Shown here one piece after another: positions 8,160 to 18,306 of a stretch of DNA of 57,981 bases; position 1 is the stretch's first letter; each line of letters begins with the position of its first letter. Location: the NCBI GenBank assembly GCA_038108555.1, contig JAYNIA010000008.1, positions 33,715 through 91,695 of the forward strand. The letters are read 5' to 3'. This DNA is from Nitrospinota bacterium. GTDB taxonomy: Bacteria; Nitrospinota; Nitrospinia; Nitrospinales; VA-1. Both the position numbers and the translations under genes were made by a program. The notes beneath the pieces are model-generated. The model was not told where the DNA came from. It did not search any database and saw only the letters and a program-made list of their open reading frames with translations.

Positions 8160-8957
8160 TCAGGCCGGCACGGTTTCCGGTTCTTCTTTTGCAGGCAGTA
8201 ATAGTTTATGCCAGTTGTTCTTTTCCCAATTACGTGCTTCCTTGAAATTCTTATATTCTTTTTCCTTCTTTTTAAACTCGGGATGGTGACTTTGCCAGGC
8301 CCCGTTTTTCTTGTAAGAAGGGGCAAACTGGTGGCACATTTCGTGATAAAGGGTCAATTCAAGGACATAAACAGGAACAAAATCCTGCTTTAAACGAGGG
8401 TGAATCCGGATGAGTTTTTTATTTTCATCATACGACCCATAACGAAATCCACTCTTATTTTTGGTTTTCACATCACGACCCCATTTTACCGTGGCTTCTA
8501 TTTTGTCATTAAAATATTCCCGGTTGAGCCTTTCAAAAATAGCATTAATATCTTTACCCTCTTCCGTTGGGATTTGCTCAATTATTTCAGTCTGAGCCAT
8601 TTCAAATTCCTGTCCCTCAATATAGTCTTTTATCAATGCTTTTATTGTATCAGGCGTACCCTCTTCCTTCTTCACTTTACTCAATACTTTTTGAGTCAGG
8701 TTTTCCAATACTGCGGATTCGGGCTGTTCAAACTCGCTGAAGTAGTTTTCGTTGAAAATTTCAATTTTCACGATGGGAGCATCGGGACCGATTCGCAATT
8801 GGCCGACAAATTCCATCCCATTTTTTTTAAGAGTGAACATTCGGACCAGGGAGTCCTGAGTATTGTTACGGTTTGTGCCCAGCGACAAAGTTCCCAGACT
8901 GAAATTTTTTAAAAGGTTTTGTACAGGTATTCGTATTTGGTTCATCAGGGGGGCCAT
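8160..8957 (-). CDS. SprT-like zinc metalloprotease domain protein
   Basis: FERLNREYF, IRIHPRL, LYHEMCH (HExxH) and HHPEFK; about 130-aa unassigned N-terminal region. Confidence 0.75.
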   Translation of the reverse strand: MAPLMNQIRIPVQNLLKNFSLGTLSLGTNRNNTQDSLVRMFTLKKNGMEFVGQLRIGPDAPIVKIEIFNENYFSEFEQPESAVLENLTQKVLSKVKKEEGTPDTIKALIKDYIEGQEFEMAQTEIIEQIPTEEGKDINAIFERLNREYFNDKIEATVKWGRDVKTKNKSGFRYGSYDENKKLIRIHPRLKQDFVPVYVLELTLYHEMCHQFAPSYKKNGAWQSHHPEFKKKEKEYKNFKEARNWEKNNWHKLLLPAKEEPETVPA

Positions 8958-9096
8958 AAGAAGAGTTAAGAAATTTCAAACCAGCTAAACTGAGGGAAAT
9001 ATTACCTCAGGAACACAAAAAAATCCAATAAAATTAGCCGTTTAGAGAAAACCTTAAACCTTTACAAAGTTTTTAATATTCGATACTGTGGTAATT

Positions 9097-10428
9097 ATGA
9101 AACTCATAAAAATATTTTTGATAATTCTTCTTTCGGCTTCCTGTTCCGCAGGAATTGGCTTGAGCCGGACTCAGGAGTCCTATGATTTCAATGCAGATAT
9201 TGACCTTTTCTTATCCACCAACGATTCGGATATTGAAGTACAAGTCCTCAAACGGCTTAAAGATAACAAGGTGTCCAACGAATCTATAAAATCCATTCTA
9301 AGACAAAGGGAAAAACCTTCCGGAGGAAAACGAGGGCTGCAAACTGGATTAAAAATAAAAAGCAATGGAAAGGATTATTCCTATGCTTTATATCACCCGG
9401 AAAAATCTCCCGAAGGCACTCCTTTACCCATGGTCATCGTTTTACATGGTATGGGAGGAAGTGGTGACACCACCCTTTCCAAATGGGCGCAACGATTAAA
9501 AAATGAATTTATTGTGGTATGTCCTTCCTATCCCATGGGAGCGTGGTGGGCACGACCTGCGGAGGATATGGTTTTGGCCTTAATGGATCATGTCCGGTAT
9601 CAATACAATGTCGATGCCAACCGGGTATTTCTTGCCGGATTATCCAACGGGGCGATCGGGGTTTACACGATTGGCATGTTTTATCCGGATCGCTTTGCGG
9701 GGCTTGTCCCTATCGCCGGGAGTATTACCCCCCGCTTCATGAATTTCCTGGTCAATCTCAGGAATACACCCATCTATATGATTCAGGGGGCTCATGATCC
9801 CATTTTCCCGATACAATTGAGCCGCCGTGTAAACAAAATACTCACCGACATGAGATACCCGTCGGTTTATCGTGAACATGGAGAAAAAGGAGCTGCCCAC
9901 GGGGGACATTTCCTTCCGGAAAATGAAATTCCCGATTTACTGGAATGGATCAAAAAACAAAAACGAAATCTGAACCCTCCTATTGTCAGAATGACCCGCG
10001 AGAATAACCATTTGGACCCCATTCATTGGGCACAATTGAAAAAGGGAAGAAACCTTGCCTCGTTGGAACTTCCTGGACCGGAAAGCCCCAAACCTAACAA
10101 CAAAAATGGGAAAATTGCTACTTTGTTTGCAGAAAGAATAGGCGATAACCAGTTTTCAGTGATCGGAGAAAATCTGGTCGAATACGACCTCTATTTCAAT
10201 ACGGAAACGGTAGATTTCGACAAAATAGTAACCATCACGACCCAAAAAATCCAAAACCAGAATAATAAATGGGTCCCCGGCGAAAAGAAGGTCAGCTATC
10301 AGAATAAAATAAAAAAAGATCCTGTAGTTCTGCTTTACGGTTATAAACGGTTACGTGATCCACATAGACTTTATGATGCCAAAGTCAATATCCTCCTGGA
10401 AACAACCCTGGTTCAATCCATGCCATGA
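9097..10428 (+). CDS. Alpha/beta-hydrolase (esterase/phospholipase-like), predicted lipoprotein
   Basis: Signal peptide ending LLSAS-C; LHGMGG, GLSNG nucleophile elbow, QGAHDP and GGH. Confidence 0.8.
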   Translation: MKLIKIFLIILLSASCSAGIGLSRTQESYDFNADIDLFLSTNDSDIEVQVLKRLKDNKVSNESIKSILRQREKPSGGKRGLQTGLKIKSNGKDYSYALYHPEKSPEGTPLPMVIVLHGMGGSGDTTLSKWAQRLKNEFIVVCPSYPMGAWWARPAEDMVLALMDHVRYQYNVDANRVFLAGLSNGAIGVYTIGMFYPDRFAGLVPIAGSITPRFMNFLVNLRNTPIYMIQGAHDPIFPIQLSRRVNKILTDMRYPSVYREHGEKGAAHGGHFLPENEIPDLLEWIKKQKRNLNPPIVRMTRENNHLDPIHWAQLKKGRNLASLELPGPESPKPNNKNGKIATLFAERIGDNQFSVIGENLVEYDLYFNTETVDFDKIVTITTQKIQNQNNKWVPGEKKVSYQNKIKKDPVVLLYGYKRLRDPHRLYDAKVNILLETTLVQSMP

Positions 10429-12803
10429 GTGAGGCAACTCCTTCCAATACCACGGTTTCTCTTTTAGAAAAATCAATGAAGCTCCTGGGATGGGAGAGGA
10501 TCACTGCTGCCCTGGCAAACCATTGCTGCTCACCTTATACGCAAGGGCTTTGTCTGCAATTAAAACCAGAAACAGAATTTGAAATTGCAGTAACGAAACT
10601 GGAAGAAACAGAAGAGATGATGGCATTGCTGGACTCTCTGGAATCGTTTCCCATGGACACCTTTGAGGATATCCATCCCATTTTCAAAGATGTCGAAGAA
10701 CACCATATTATAGATACCAAACAATGTCTCATTATCAAGAAACTTTTGAGGCTTTGCCGAAATCTTTGCAAAGACCTGGAGAAAAAAAGTGATTTTCCAA
10801 ATATACAGCATTGGTTATCTCAACTGGATCCTTTGAAAGAATTCCTCAACGAACTTTCCCAATGCATCGATGATGAAGGCGAAATAAAAGAAAATGCCAC
10901 ACCTGAGTTGAGGCAAGCTATTAAAGACTCTGAAAACGCCCGCAACAAACTGGAGGATAAAATAAAAAAATTGTTCTCCAGCGCTTCGATTAAAGAAGCC
11001 CTCCAGGATTCATATATTACAGAGCGACAGGAAAGAATGGTGATTCCCATCCGCGCGGAATTCAAAGGAAAGGTGGATGGGATCGTGCATGACATTTCAG
11101 GAACGGGACAGACCCTGTTTGTGGAACCGGCTTCGGTAATCCCTCTCAACAACCAGCTTAAAATTGCACGTTTGAAAGTGGCGCAGGAAAAAGCGCGAGT
11201 GCTGCAATCCCTTGCTGCTCAGGTCGATCAACACCAGGAGACATTATTAAATAACCTTGAGGGGTTGGCTATTCTTGATCTCATTTATGCCAAGGCGCGT
11301 CTTGCAAAAACCATCAATGCGGTCAAATGCCCCATGAACCGGGACTCAAAAATGTTGCTAAAGGAAGCACGAAATCCCGAGCTGACATTGGATGGTGAAA
11401 AAGTTGTTCCCAATACTCTTGAATGGGAAGAGTCTACCCGGGTCGTCATCATATCCGGACCCAATACGGGCGGTAAAACAGTGACCCTGAAAACGCTGGG
11501 TTCCCTAGCATTAATGGCAAGATCGGGGTTATTTCTTCCCGTTGAAAAAGAATCAAAAATTCCTTTTTACCCGGAAATTTTTTCCGACATTGGGGATGAC
11601 CAGAATATTCAACTGAAATTATCCACATTTTCGGGCCATCTGCAAAAGATCATTCGCATTATCGACAACGCCACCTCAGGGTCTTTGGTACTACTCGATG
11701 AATTGGGAATCGCGACCGACCCCAACGAAGGAGCAGCTCTTGCCGAATCCATCCTTCTGGAGTTAAAGCGGAAAAACATAATGACTCTGGTTTCGACCCA
11801 TTATTTTTCGTTAAAGATACTGGCACAAACCCAGGAAGGATTTTTAAATGCCTGCACCGAATTTGATCTCGATACTATCAGTCCCACCTATCGCCTGATT
11901 TTTGGTGCCCCCGGCCAGAGTGCTGCACTCGACACTGCAGAACGATTGGGACTGCAAAAAGACATCATTGAGCATGCACGGAATCTATACCAGGCTAAGG
12001 ACAAACGCGCGGAAAACCTTCTGGAAGACCTGACCCGGCAACGACTGCAAATGCATCAGGATCTGGAAAGGATTAAGCTTCAAAAATCTGAAATGGAACG
12101 GTCACTTCGGGAACAAAACCAGCTCACTGAAAGACTTCGCCAGGAAGAAAAAGAGTTCCAAAAAAATAAAAACAAAAAACTGCAAGCTGAAGTCCGTGCC
12201 GGAAAATCCGAAATTCAAAAAATGATCCAGGAAATCAAAGGAGAAAAGACTTTACCTAAAATCCGAAAAGTGGAAAAGAAAATCCATACGATAGGAAAAA
12301 GTTCTCCCACTGCCGAGCATAATCTGGAGGAATGGCCCCTGACAGCAGATGATTTAAACTCCGGGGATACGGTATTGCTATTAAACCTGGGTGCTACAGC
12401 GACACTTCTTGAATCTGCCAGGGGAAAGAAAAAAGTACAAGTCCGAATGGGAAATATAAATACCACCGTTGAGACCTCTTCCATACGTGGAAACCCTGCA
12501 CAAAAAGGTCAACCTAAAAGCAAAAAATCAAAAATTTCAATGAATATCGAAGCTGAGACTCAAGGCACGTCCTCATGTGATCTTAGGGGAATGAACTCTG
12601 AAGAAGCTGAAACTAAGATGGAAGCTTTCATCAGCCACGCTATCGTAACCAAAAAACAACGGGTAACGATCATCCACGGACATGGAATGGGAACAATTAA
12701 AAATCTCGTTAGGAACTATCTCGAAAAAACCGGGATCTGCAAACAATTCTCGCCGGGAAGACGTGAAGAAGGGGGTACGGGCGTTACCGTTGTGGAATTT
12801 TAA
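10425..12803 (+). CDS. mutS2: Endonuclease MutS2
   Basis: SGPNTGGKT Walker A, DIGDDQ..LSTFSGH, LLDELG, and a C-terminal Smr domain DLRG...IIHGHGMG. Confidence 0.95.
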   Translation: MSEATPSNTTVSLLEKSMKLLGWERITAALANHCCSPYTQGLCLQLKPETEFEIAVTKLEETEEMMALLDSLESFPMDTFEDIHPIFKDVEEHHIIDTKQCLIIKKLLRLCRNLCKDLEKKSDFPNIQHWLSQLDPLKEFLNELSQCIDDEGEIKENATPELRQAIKDSENARNKLEDKIKKLFSSASIKEALQDSYITERQERMVIPIRAEFKGKVDGIVHDISGTGQTLFVEPASVIPLNNQLKIARLKVAQEKARVLQSLAAQVDQHQETLLNNLEGLAILDLIYAKARLAKTINAVKCPMNRDSKMLLKEARNPELTLDGEKVVPNTLEWEESTRVVIISGPNTGGKTVTLKTLGSLALMARSGLFLPVEKESKIPFYPEIFSDIGDDQNIQLKLSTFSGHLQKIIRIIDNATSGSLVLLDELGIATDPNEGAALAESILLELKRKNIMTLVSTHYFSLKILAQTQEGFLNACTEFDLDTISPTYRLIFGAPGQSAALDTAERLGLQKDIIEHARNLYQAKDKRAENLLEDLTRQRLQMHQDLERIKLQKSEMERSLREQNQLTERLRQEEKEFQKNKNKKLQAEVRAGKSEIQKMIQEIKGEKTLPKIRKVEKKIHTIGKSSPTAEHNLEEWPLTADDLNSGDTVLLLNLGATATLLESARGKKKVQVRMGNINTTVETSSIRGNPAQKGQPKSKKSKISMNIEAETQGTSSCDLRGMNSEEAETKMEAFISHAIVTKKQRVTIIHGHGMGTIKNLVRNYLEKTGICKQFSPGRREEGGTGVTVVEF

Positions 12804-12807
12804 ATTT

Positions 12808-13398
12808 TTAAAAAATTAATTCCTTAACTTTCTTTCTCAGTTTGGGCACCAGTTGCTTTTCAAACCAAGGGTTCTTCTTCAACCAGATATTGTTTCGTGG
12901 GGAAGGATGGGGCAGGACAAAATAATTCGGCAGATACATTTTCCAGTTTTTTACCGTATCCGTGAGTGTGGATTTTTTCTGATCCTTCAAAAACCAACCC
13001 TGTGAATATTGGCCGATTAAAAGGATAAGTTTTATTTTCGGAATCTTGTCCAGGATGGGTTGCATCCAATTTTCAGCACACTCAGGGCGGGGTGGCAAGT
13101 CACCGGATTTTCCTTTTCCCGGATAACAAAAGGCCATGGGCACAATGGAAAAATATTTCGTGTCATAGAACTGTTCCCGGGAAACCTGCATCCATTCCCG
13201 CAGGCGGTCGCCACTGGGATCGTTCCATGGAATTCCAGATTCGTGAACACGGGTTCCGGGAGCCTGCCCTACAACCAGAATTTTTGATTTCTGGGAAAAC
13301 GAGAAAACAGGTTTGGGGGGAAAAGGTAAATGCTCGGCACAAATAGTACACGCTTTGATATTTTTCCTGAGAACTGCAATTGTGCTAAATTGATTCAT
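12808..13398 (-). CDS. Uracil-DNA glycosylase family protein
   Basis: CTIC, VGQAPG, FCYPGKGKSGDLPPRPEC and LPHPSPRN. Confidence 0.9.
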   Translation of the reverse strand: MNQFSTIAVLRKNIKACTICAEHLPFPPKPVFSFSQKSKILVVGQAPGTRVHESGIPWNDPSGDRLREWMQVSREQFYDTKYFSIVPMAFCYPGKGKSGDLPPRPECAENWMQPILDKIPKIKLILLIGQYSQGWFLKDQKKSTLTDTVKNWKMYLPNYFVLPHPSPRNNIWLKKNPWFEKQLVPKLRKKVKELIF

Positions 13399-13427
13399 AC
13401 CCTATTTTAATTACAAGGAGAACCAAT

Positions 13428-14003
13428 ATGAACAGGAAAATTCTACCTGTATTTATTTTACTGGGATTTCTGGTTTCAACGGGTCTTTCCTGGGGTGGAG
13501 AGGTGCAGACAATAACACTCCGGGGGAAACCTTTAACTTTGATCGGGAAAAAATCGCAGGTGGGAAAAACACTCCCGACCGTCCGCCTCCCTGACCTGGG
13601 ACTGAACATGATTGACCTGCAATCGTTCAATGGCAAGGTGACGATACTGAGTGTCGTTCCCTCCCTGGATACTCCCACCTGCGACAAGCAAACTCATATC
13701 CTCAGCGAGGAAAATAAGGGACTCGATAAAACAGCAAACCTGGTTACGGTAAGCCGCGATCTCCCCTTTGCGCAAAAACGGTTCGCCAAGGAAGCAAAAA
13801 TCAACAATATTCAGTTCCTTTCAGATTACCGCGACGCCGAGTTTGGAAAATCCACCGGCCTGCTGATCGAAGAAAACCGATTGTTAGCCCGAGCCGTATT
13901 CGTTCTGGATCGAAAAGGAATCATCCGATATCTGGAAATTGTTTCTGAACTTGCGAAACTACCTGACATGGAAAAAGCGATGGAATTCGCCAGATCACTT
14001 TAA
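13428..14003 (+). CDS. tpx: Thiol peroxidase (Tpx family) with signal peptide
   Basis: PSLDTPTC peroxidatic motif, SRDLPFAQKRF and LARAVFV; AGGAG RBS; hydrophobic N-terminus. Confidence 0.9.
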   Translation: MNRKILPVFILLGFLVSTGLSWGGEVQTITLRGKPLTLIGKKSQVGKTLPTVRLPDLGLNMIDLQSFNGKVTILSVVPSLDTPTCDKQTHILSEENKGLDKTANLVTVSRDLPFAQKRFAKEAKINNIQFLSDYRDAEFGKSTGLLIEENRLLARAVFVLDRKGIIRYLEIVSELAKLPDMEKAMEFARSL

Positions 14004-14059
14004 TTTTAAAGCCCCAGATTGGGGACTTTATGTTTTATCGACAAGGGAAGAATTGAACT

Positions 14060-14095
14060 TTATGGATAAATAAACTTTTTTGTATTTATCCATAA
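14060..14095. repeat. Perfect 13-bp inverted repeat between convergent genes
   Basis: TTATGGATAAATA-N10-TATTTATCCATAA. Confidence 0.8.
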
Positions 14096-14104
14096 TTGAA
14101 GGTT

Positions 14105-14476
14105 TTATTCGACAAAATAGGTGTCGTGATCGGCAAAAACAGGAGGACTGTGAAAGTTTAACAGTCGGAGGGAATCCTCCTCAGTGGTGAATTCATGAAT
14201 CGTCCCAGGAGGAACGCGGAAAAAACAACCGGTCTGGAGAGAATATTTATTTTCACCCAGTTTTGCCTGACCCGAGCCAGACAATACATAATATAACTCT
14301 TCGCCATTTTTGTGGAAGCTTGCTTTTTTGGTTTGTCGAGGCTCCATTTCCACCAGATAGGCCGAAAAATTGTTGCAGGCATCTCTTTCTAAAAACTGTT
14401 GGATTTCGATTCCCTTGAGATTGAATTGGGGAGAAGAAGACGGTTCCACAAATACCACTTCATTTTTTGAACCCAT
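14105..14476 (-). CDS. Cupin domain protein
   Basis: FHKNGEELYYVLSGSG...VPPGTIHEF cupin motifs. Confidence 0.88.
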   Translation of the reverse strand: MGSKNEVVFVEPSSSPQFNLKGIEIQQFLERDACNNFSAYLVEMEPRQTKKASFHKNGEELYYVLSGSGQAKLGENKYSLQTGCFFRVPPGTIHEFTTEEDSLRLLNFHSPPVFADHDTYFVE

Positions 14477-14514
14477 ATCTATATCCTCTCTTTAGTCTCA
14501 GCAGTTTTCTTTTT

Positions 14515-17442
14515 TTAATTAAATACCTGCACCAACTCGCTGAAAACTTTTTTCTCTTTTTTCAACTTGCTTTCATTTCCAAGAACACAGACTTTTCCCT
14601 CATCACGAACCCTTTGAAATAATTCCGCGTATTTTTTTAAATCTTCCAACCTTGTAGACAAAAGTTCGCGGCGGAACTGCAGTTTCATTTCATACGTTCG
14701 CCCGGTAAGGTAATCGATCATCGAAGCCGACCCTTTTCTATCCGGAGTTAATGGGGGATCCATTTTCCCGACACAACCGATAATTATTTTCTTTAATTCT
14801 TCTGAAGGAATATCCAAATGACCCAGAAATTCTGCTATTTCATCATACACACCCAATGTTTCCGACAGGTTTGGGTCACGATAGGAAACCAGGCCATAAT
14901 CCCCGGTAAAGAAATCAAATGAATTGCTACTTCCGTAAGCCCCTCCATGCACACGGACCTTGTCCCATAAATATCCGGTTCGCAGGAGTCCCTTAAGAGC
15001 TTCAAACTGGCCCGAATATTTAAAACCCATCTCGTATAAATTGGCCCCCTTCCCTACATGTTGCACGTTGCTGGCCGTCAAGAAACCTTCATTCGATGGA
15101 ATGGCTTGAAAATCCCAGGTCTGCTCTTCGAACTCAGAATCGTTCAAGAGATCATGTAATTGGTCCACACGTTTTTCTATTTTTTTATAGTCTTTCTCTT
15201 CACAAGTAACATTAAAAAGGACGTTCTGTTTCGTAAAAATTCGTTGTGCAACTTCCTTGAAATTTTCGGCAACCTCTTCCGGGTTTTGTTCTGCTTTAGC
15301 CAACAGGGTTTCCAAAAACCTGAAATAGGTGATTCCATCGGTCAACTCATCAAACTTGCCAAGACGAGAGTGATAGGATTGCAACCGGGCTAAAACATAA
15401 TGATTTCCACTGGGAACAATGGAATCTTCCATATCGGCTTTGGCACTACGAATAATTTCCACCAAACGCTTGTGGTTTTCGAAACTAAACTCAGTAAACA
15501 ATTCATCGAAGAGATCAAACAGGTCTCCAATTTTCTCAACTAGAGCTTTTCCGTTAAAAAAGATATAGGAAATAATTGATTGGCGATCCTGAACGGTTGC
15601 CGATGAAAAATGAGAACTGCGAATTCCTCCGGTATGAATTCCAATCTTTTTTGAAATGTCTGTGTAAGAGTTCTTCTTTGTACCCATTCCTAGAATCAGG
15701 GAGCCCATCAAAGGAACGTATTGGAGCATGTCCTGGGGAACCGTATTGATGTTGAAACCAATTTGCGTGTATGCAATATGATTGGTAAACAGATCGTGGA
15801 ACAAAATGGTCTTGTCCTCCGATCCCTTAATCTCCAGCGGGTACTGTTCTATGGTTTCAGGAACGTCTTTTAATTCCAAAGAAGGAAGGGAAGCTAAAGC
15901 TTCTGGACTGTCGGCTGAAAGTTGATGCTTCTGAAGTCGATCAGTTTCTTCAATTAGATCTTTAATTTCCTGGGCACTCAAACCTTTTTTAATTTCTTTC
16001 AGTTTTTTTCTTTCCTTTGCCTCTTGCTTTTTTCCAAGCCCTGCCTGGGGAGTTGCTATGAGGATACTTTTATGGGGATTGTCTATCAGGTAACGTTTGA
16101 TCAAATTTTCGAAATACCCCTGACTTGATTTTTTCTTGATCTTTCGCATTACCTTTTCAAACTTAAGATGCGAAAAAGGATCTTTTCCATACAACCAGGA
16201 ACCCAAGGCCTGGATGTTGTACACAATGCCCTTGGCAAACCCTCCAAAGTTTGCTTCTCGCAAACGAAAATCAATGGAGTTGACCGCTGACCGGACCATA
16301 TCCTCTTCTATCCCGTTTTCAACCAGGTCCTTCAGGGTGGAATTTATTATGTTGAGGATTTTTTCTTCATGCTCTGCTTCCGTCCCCTTTAACCCTACTG
16401 CAAACAAGGTTTCTGCGCGGTTATCGTCAAAACCTCCTCCAATCAATTCACTGCCCAATTGCGAATCGATCAACGCTTTTCTCAGTGGGGATGCGGAGGT
16501 ACCCAGCAAAAGATGACTTAAAATACTGAATCCCAAACAATGTTCATAGTTGATGGACTTGTCCAGCTTGATCCCCATCAAAACATAGGTTTTTTTATCC
16601 AAAGACTCCTGGCTGGATACCGGGTAACTAAAGGCTTTTCTTTTGGGTTTCCTGAAAGACCTTTGATGTTTAATATCCGTATCCACCTCAATGCGATCAA
16701 AATCCTTAAAATATTTTTCGTTCAGGAAGGAAAGATATTCATTGGTATCGCCATCTCCATATAGAAATATGCGGCTGTTCGAGGGATGGTAATGCTTCCG
16801 GTGAAATTCCTTGAAATCTTCATAAGTAAGGTCAGGGATTCGAATGGGGTCGCCTCCTGACTCATACCCATAGGTAGTAGACGGAAATAAAGAATGGGCC
16901 ATTTGCCGATCCACGCAACTTTCCGGATCAGAGAACACGCCCTTCATTTCATTGAACACGACCCCTTTATAAACAATATTGTCATCCGGGTTGGTGAGCT
17001 CGTAATGCCAACCTTCCTGCTTGAAAGTATCTTCAGAAATGACCGGATAAAACACGGCATCCATATAAACATTCATCAAGTTGAAAAAGTCTTTACGATT
17101 TCTACTGGCCACCGGATACATGGTTTTATCGGGAAAAGTCATTGCATTCAGAAATGTCTGCAGGCTCCCCTTCATCAATTCTACAAAAGGTTCTTTTACC
17201 GGAAAGTTTTTTGAACCACACAAAACACTGTGTTCCAGAATATGAGCCACGCCGGCATCGTTTGTGGGTGGCGTTCGGAAGGTCGCACTGAAAACCTTAT
17301 TATCATCATCATTTTCAAGCACCAGTACCTCCGCACCCGTTCCAACATGCTCAAAAAAAAGACCCAGTGATTTCAACTCCACGATTTCTTCTTTTTTAAT
17401 TAATTTGAAACCGTTATAAATTTGATTGAGTTCAAAACTCAT
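14515..17442 (-). CDS. M16C insulinase-family metallopeptidase (PreP-like)
   Basis: HILEH (HxxEH), LNAMTFPDKTMYP, FKQEGWH, GVVFNEMKG, VRVHGGAYG and SYRDPN; 975 aa. Confidence 0.95.
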   Translation of the reverse strand: MSFELNQIYNGFKLIKKEEIVELKSLGLFFEHVGTGAEVLVLENDDDNKVFSATFRTPPTNDAGVAHILEHSVLCGSKNFPVKEPFVELMKGSLQTFLNAMTFPDKTMYPVASRNRKDFFNLMNVYMDAVFYPVISEDTFKQEGWHYELTNPDDNIVYKGVVFNEMKGVFSDPESCVDRQMAHSLFPSTTYGYESGGDPIRIPDLTYEDFKEFHRKHYHPSNSRIFLYGDGDTNEYLSFLNEKYFKDFDRIEVDTDIKHQRSFRKPKRKAFSYPVSSQESLDKKTYVLMGIKLDKSINYEHCLGFSILSHLLLGTSASPLRKALIDSQLGSELIGGGFDDNRAETLFAVGLKGTEAEHEEKILNIINSTLKDLVENGIEEDMVRSAVNSIDFRLREANFGGFAKGIVYNIQALGSWLYGKDPFSHLKFEKVMRKIKKKSSQGYFENLIKRYLIDNPHKSILIATPQAGLGKKQEAKERKKLKEIKKGLSAQEIKDLIEETDRLQKHQLSADSPEALASLPSLELKDVPETIEQYPLEIKGSEDKTILFHDLFTNHIAYTQIGFNINTVPQDMLQYVPLMGSLILGMGTKKNSYTDISKKIGIHTGGIRSSHFSSATVQDRQSIISYIFFNGKALVEKIGDLFDLFDELFTEFSFENHKRLVEIIRSAKADMEDSIVPSGNHYVLARLQSYHSRLGKFDELTDGITYFRFLETLLAKAEQNPEEVAENFKEVAQRIFTKQNVLFNVTCEEKDYKKIEKRVDQLHDLLNDSEFEEQTWDFQAIPSNEGFLTASNVQHVGKGANLYEMGFKYSGQFEALKGLLRTGYLWDKVRVHGGAYGSSNSFDFFTGDYGLVSYRDPNLSETLGVYDEIAEFLGHLDIPSEELKKIIIGCVGKMDPPLTPDRKGSASMIDYLTGRTYEMKLQFRRELLSTRLEDLKKYAELFQRVRDEGKVCVLGNESKLKKEKKVFSELVQVFN

Positions 17443-17538
17443 AAAATAAATTCTCCAGCAATAAAATTGGATTCAGTTCGCCCGGTATATCCTAAATTTA
17501 GATGCCCCGTCTTCCAAGAACGATCCAATAAAGTTTGA

Positions 17539-18306
17539 TCATTTGGATTTAATATCGAGGCCAATCGGACAATGGTCGGAGCCCATAACCTCTGGGGTAA
17601 TAAATGAGTCTTTGACCTTTTTCATCAACCCCTCAGTAACAAAAAAATAATCAATGCGCCAACCAATGTTCTTGGCCCGCACATTAAAACGATAACTCCA
17701 CCAGGTGTATTGATCCGGCTCCTGATTAAACGCACGGAAACTATCAACATAACCGTGATCTATAAATTTTGAGACCCATTCCCTCTCTTCAGGTAAAAAC
17801 CCTGAATTCTTTTCATTCGCTTTGGGATTTTTTAAATCAATGGGTTTATGGGCCGTATTTACATCCCCTGTAATTATTAGTTCCTTTCCTCCGCCCCTCA
17901 ATGCTTCACAATGGTCAAGAAAAGCATCATAAAAATCCATTTTATACTTCAGTCTCTCATCTCCACTGGTCCCATTGGGAAAATAAACATTGAGAAGATC
18001 AAAATCCTTGAACTCGATTCGAATAACCCTCCCCTCGCAATCAAACCTCTCAATTCCGATCCCCAAATGGATTGCAGCAGGCTTTTTTTTGGTGAAAACT
18101 GCCACTCCACTATAGCCCTTTCTCTCGGCAGGATTCCAGGCAGTATGGTAGCCTTCAGGATTCAGCAAGGACTCATCCAGATCTTCTTTTCGTGCTTTAA
18201 TTTCCTGAAGGCACACCACATCGGGTGCTGTAGACTCCAGCCAGTCAAAAAACCCTTTTTTAGCTACGGCTCGCAGGCCATTTACATTCCAGCTAAAAAT
18301 TCTCAT
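17539..18306 (-). CDS. xth: Exodeoxyribonuclease III
   Basis: SWNVNGLRA, CLQEIK, GDVN, YTWWSYR, GWRIDY and SDHCP. Confidence 0.97.
   Translation of the reverse strand: MRIFSWNVNGLRAVAKKGFFDWLESTAPDVVCLQEIKARKEDLDESLLNPEGYHTAWNPAERKGYSGVAVFTKKKPAAIHLGIGIERFDCEGRVIRIEFKDFDLLNVYFPNGTSGDERLKYKMDFYDAFLDHCEALRGGGKELIITGDVNTAHKPIDLKNPKANEKNSGFLPEEREWVSKFIDHGYVDSFRAFNQEPDQYTWWSYRFNVRAKNIGWRIDYFFVTEGLMKKVKDSFITPEVMGSDHCPIGLDIKSK

Noticed and set aside
11619..11627. Perfect DnaA box TTATCCACA
   Set aside because: Single copy inside mutS2; expected by chance.
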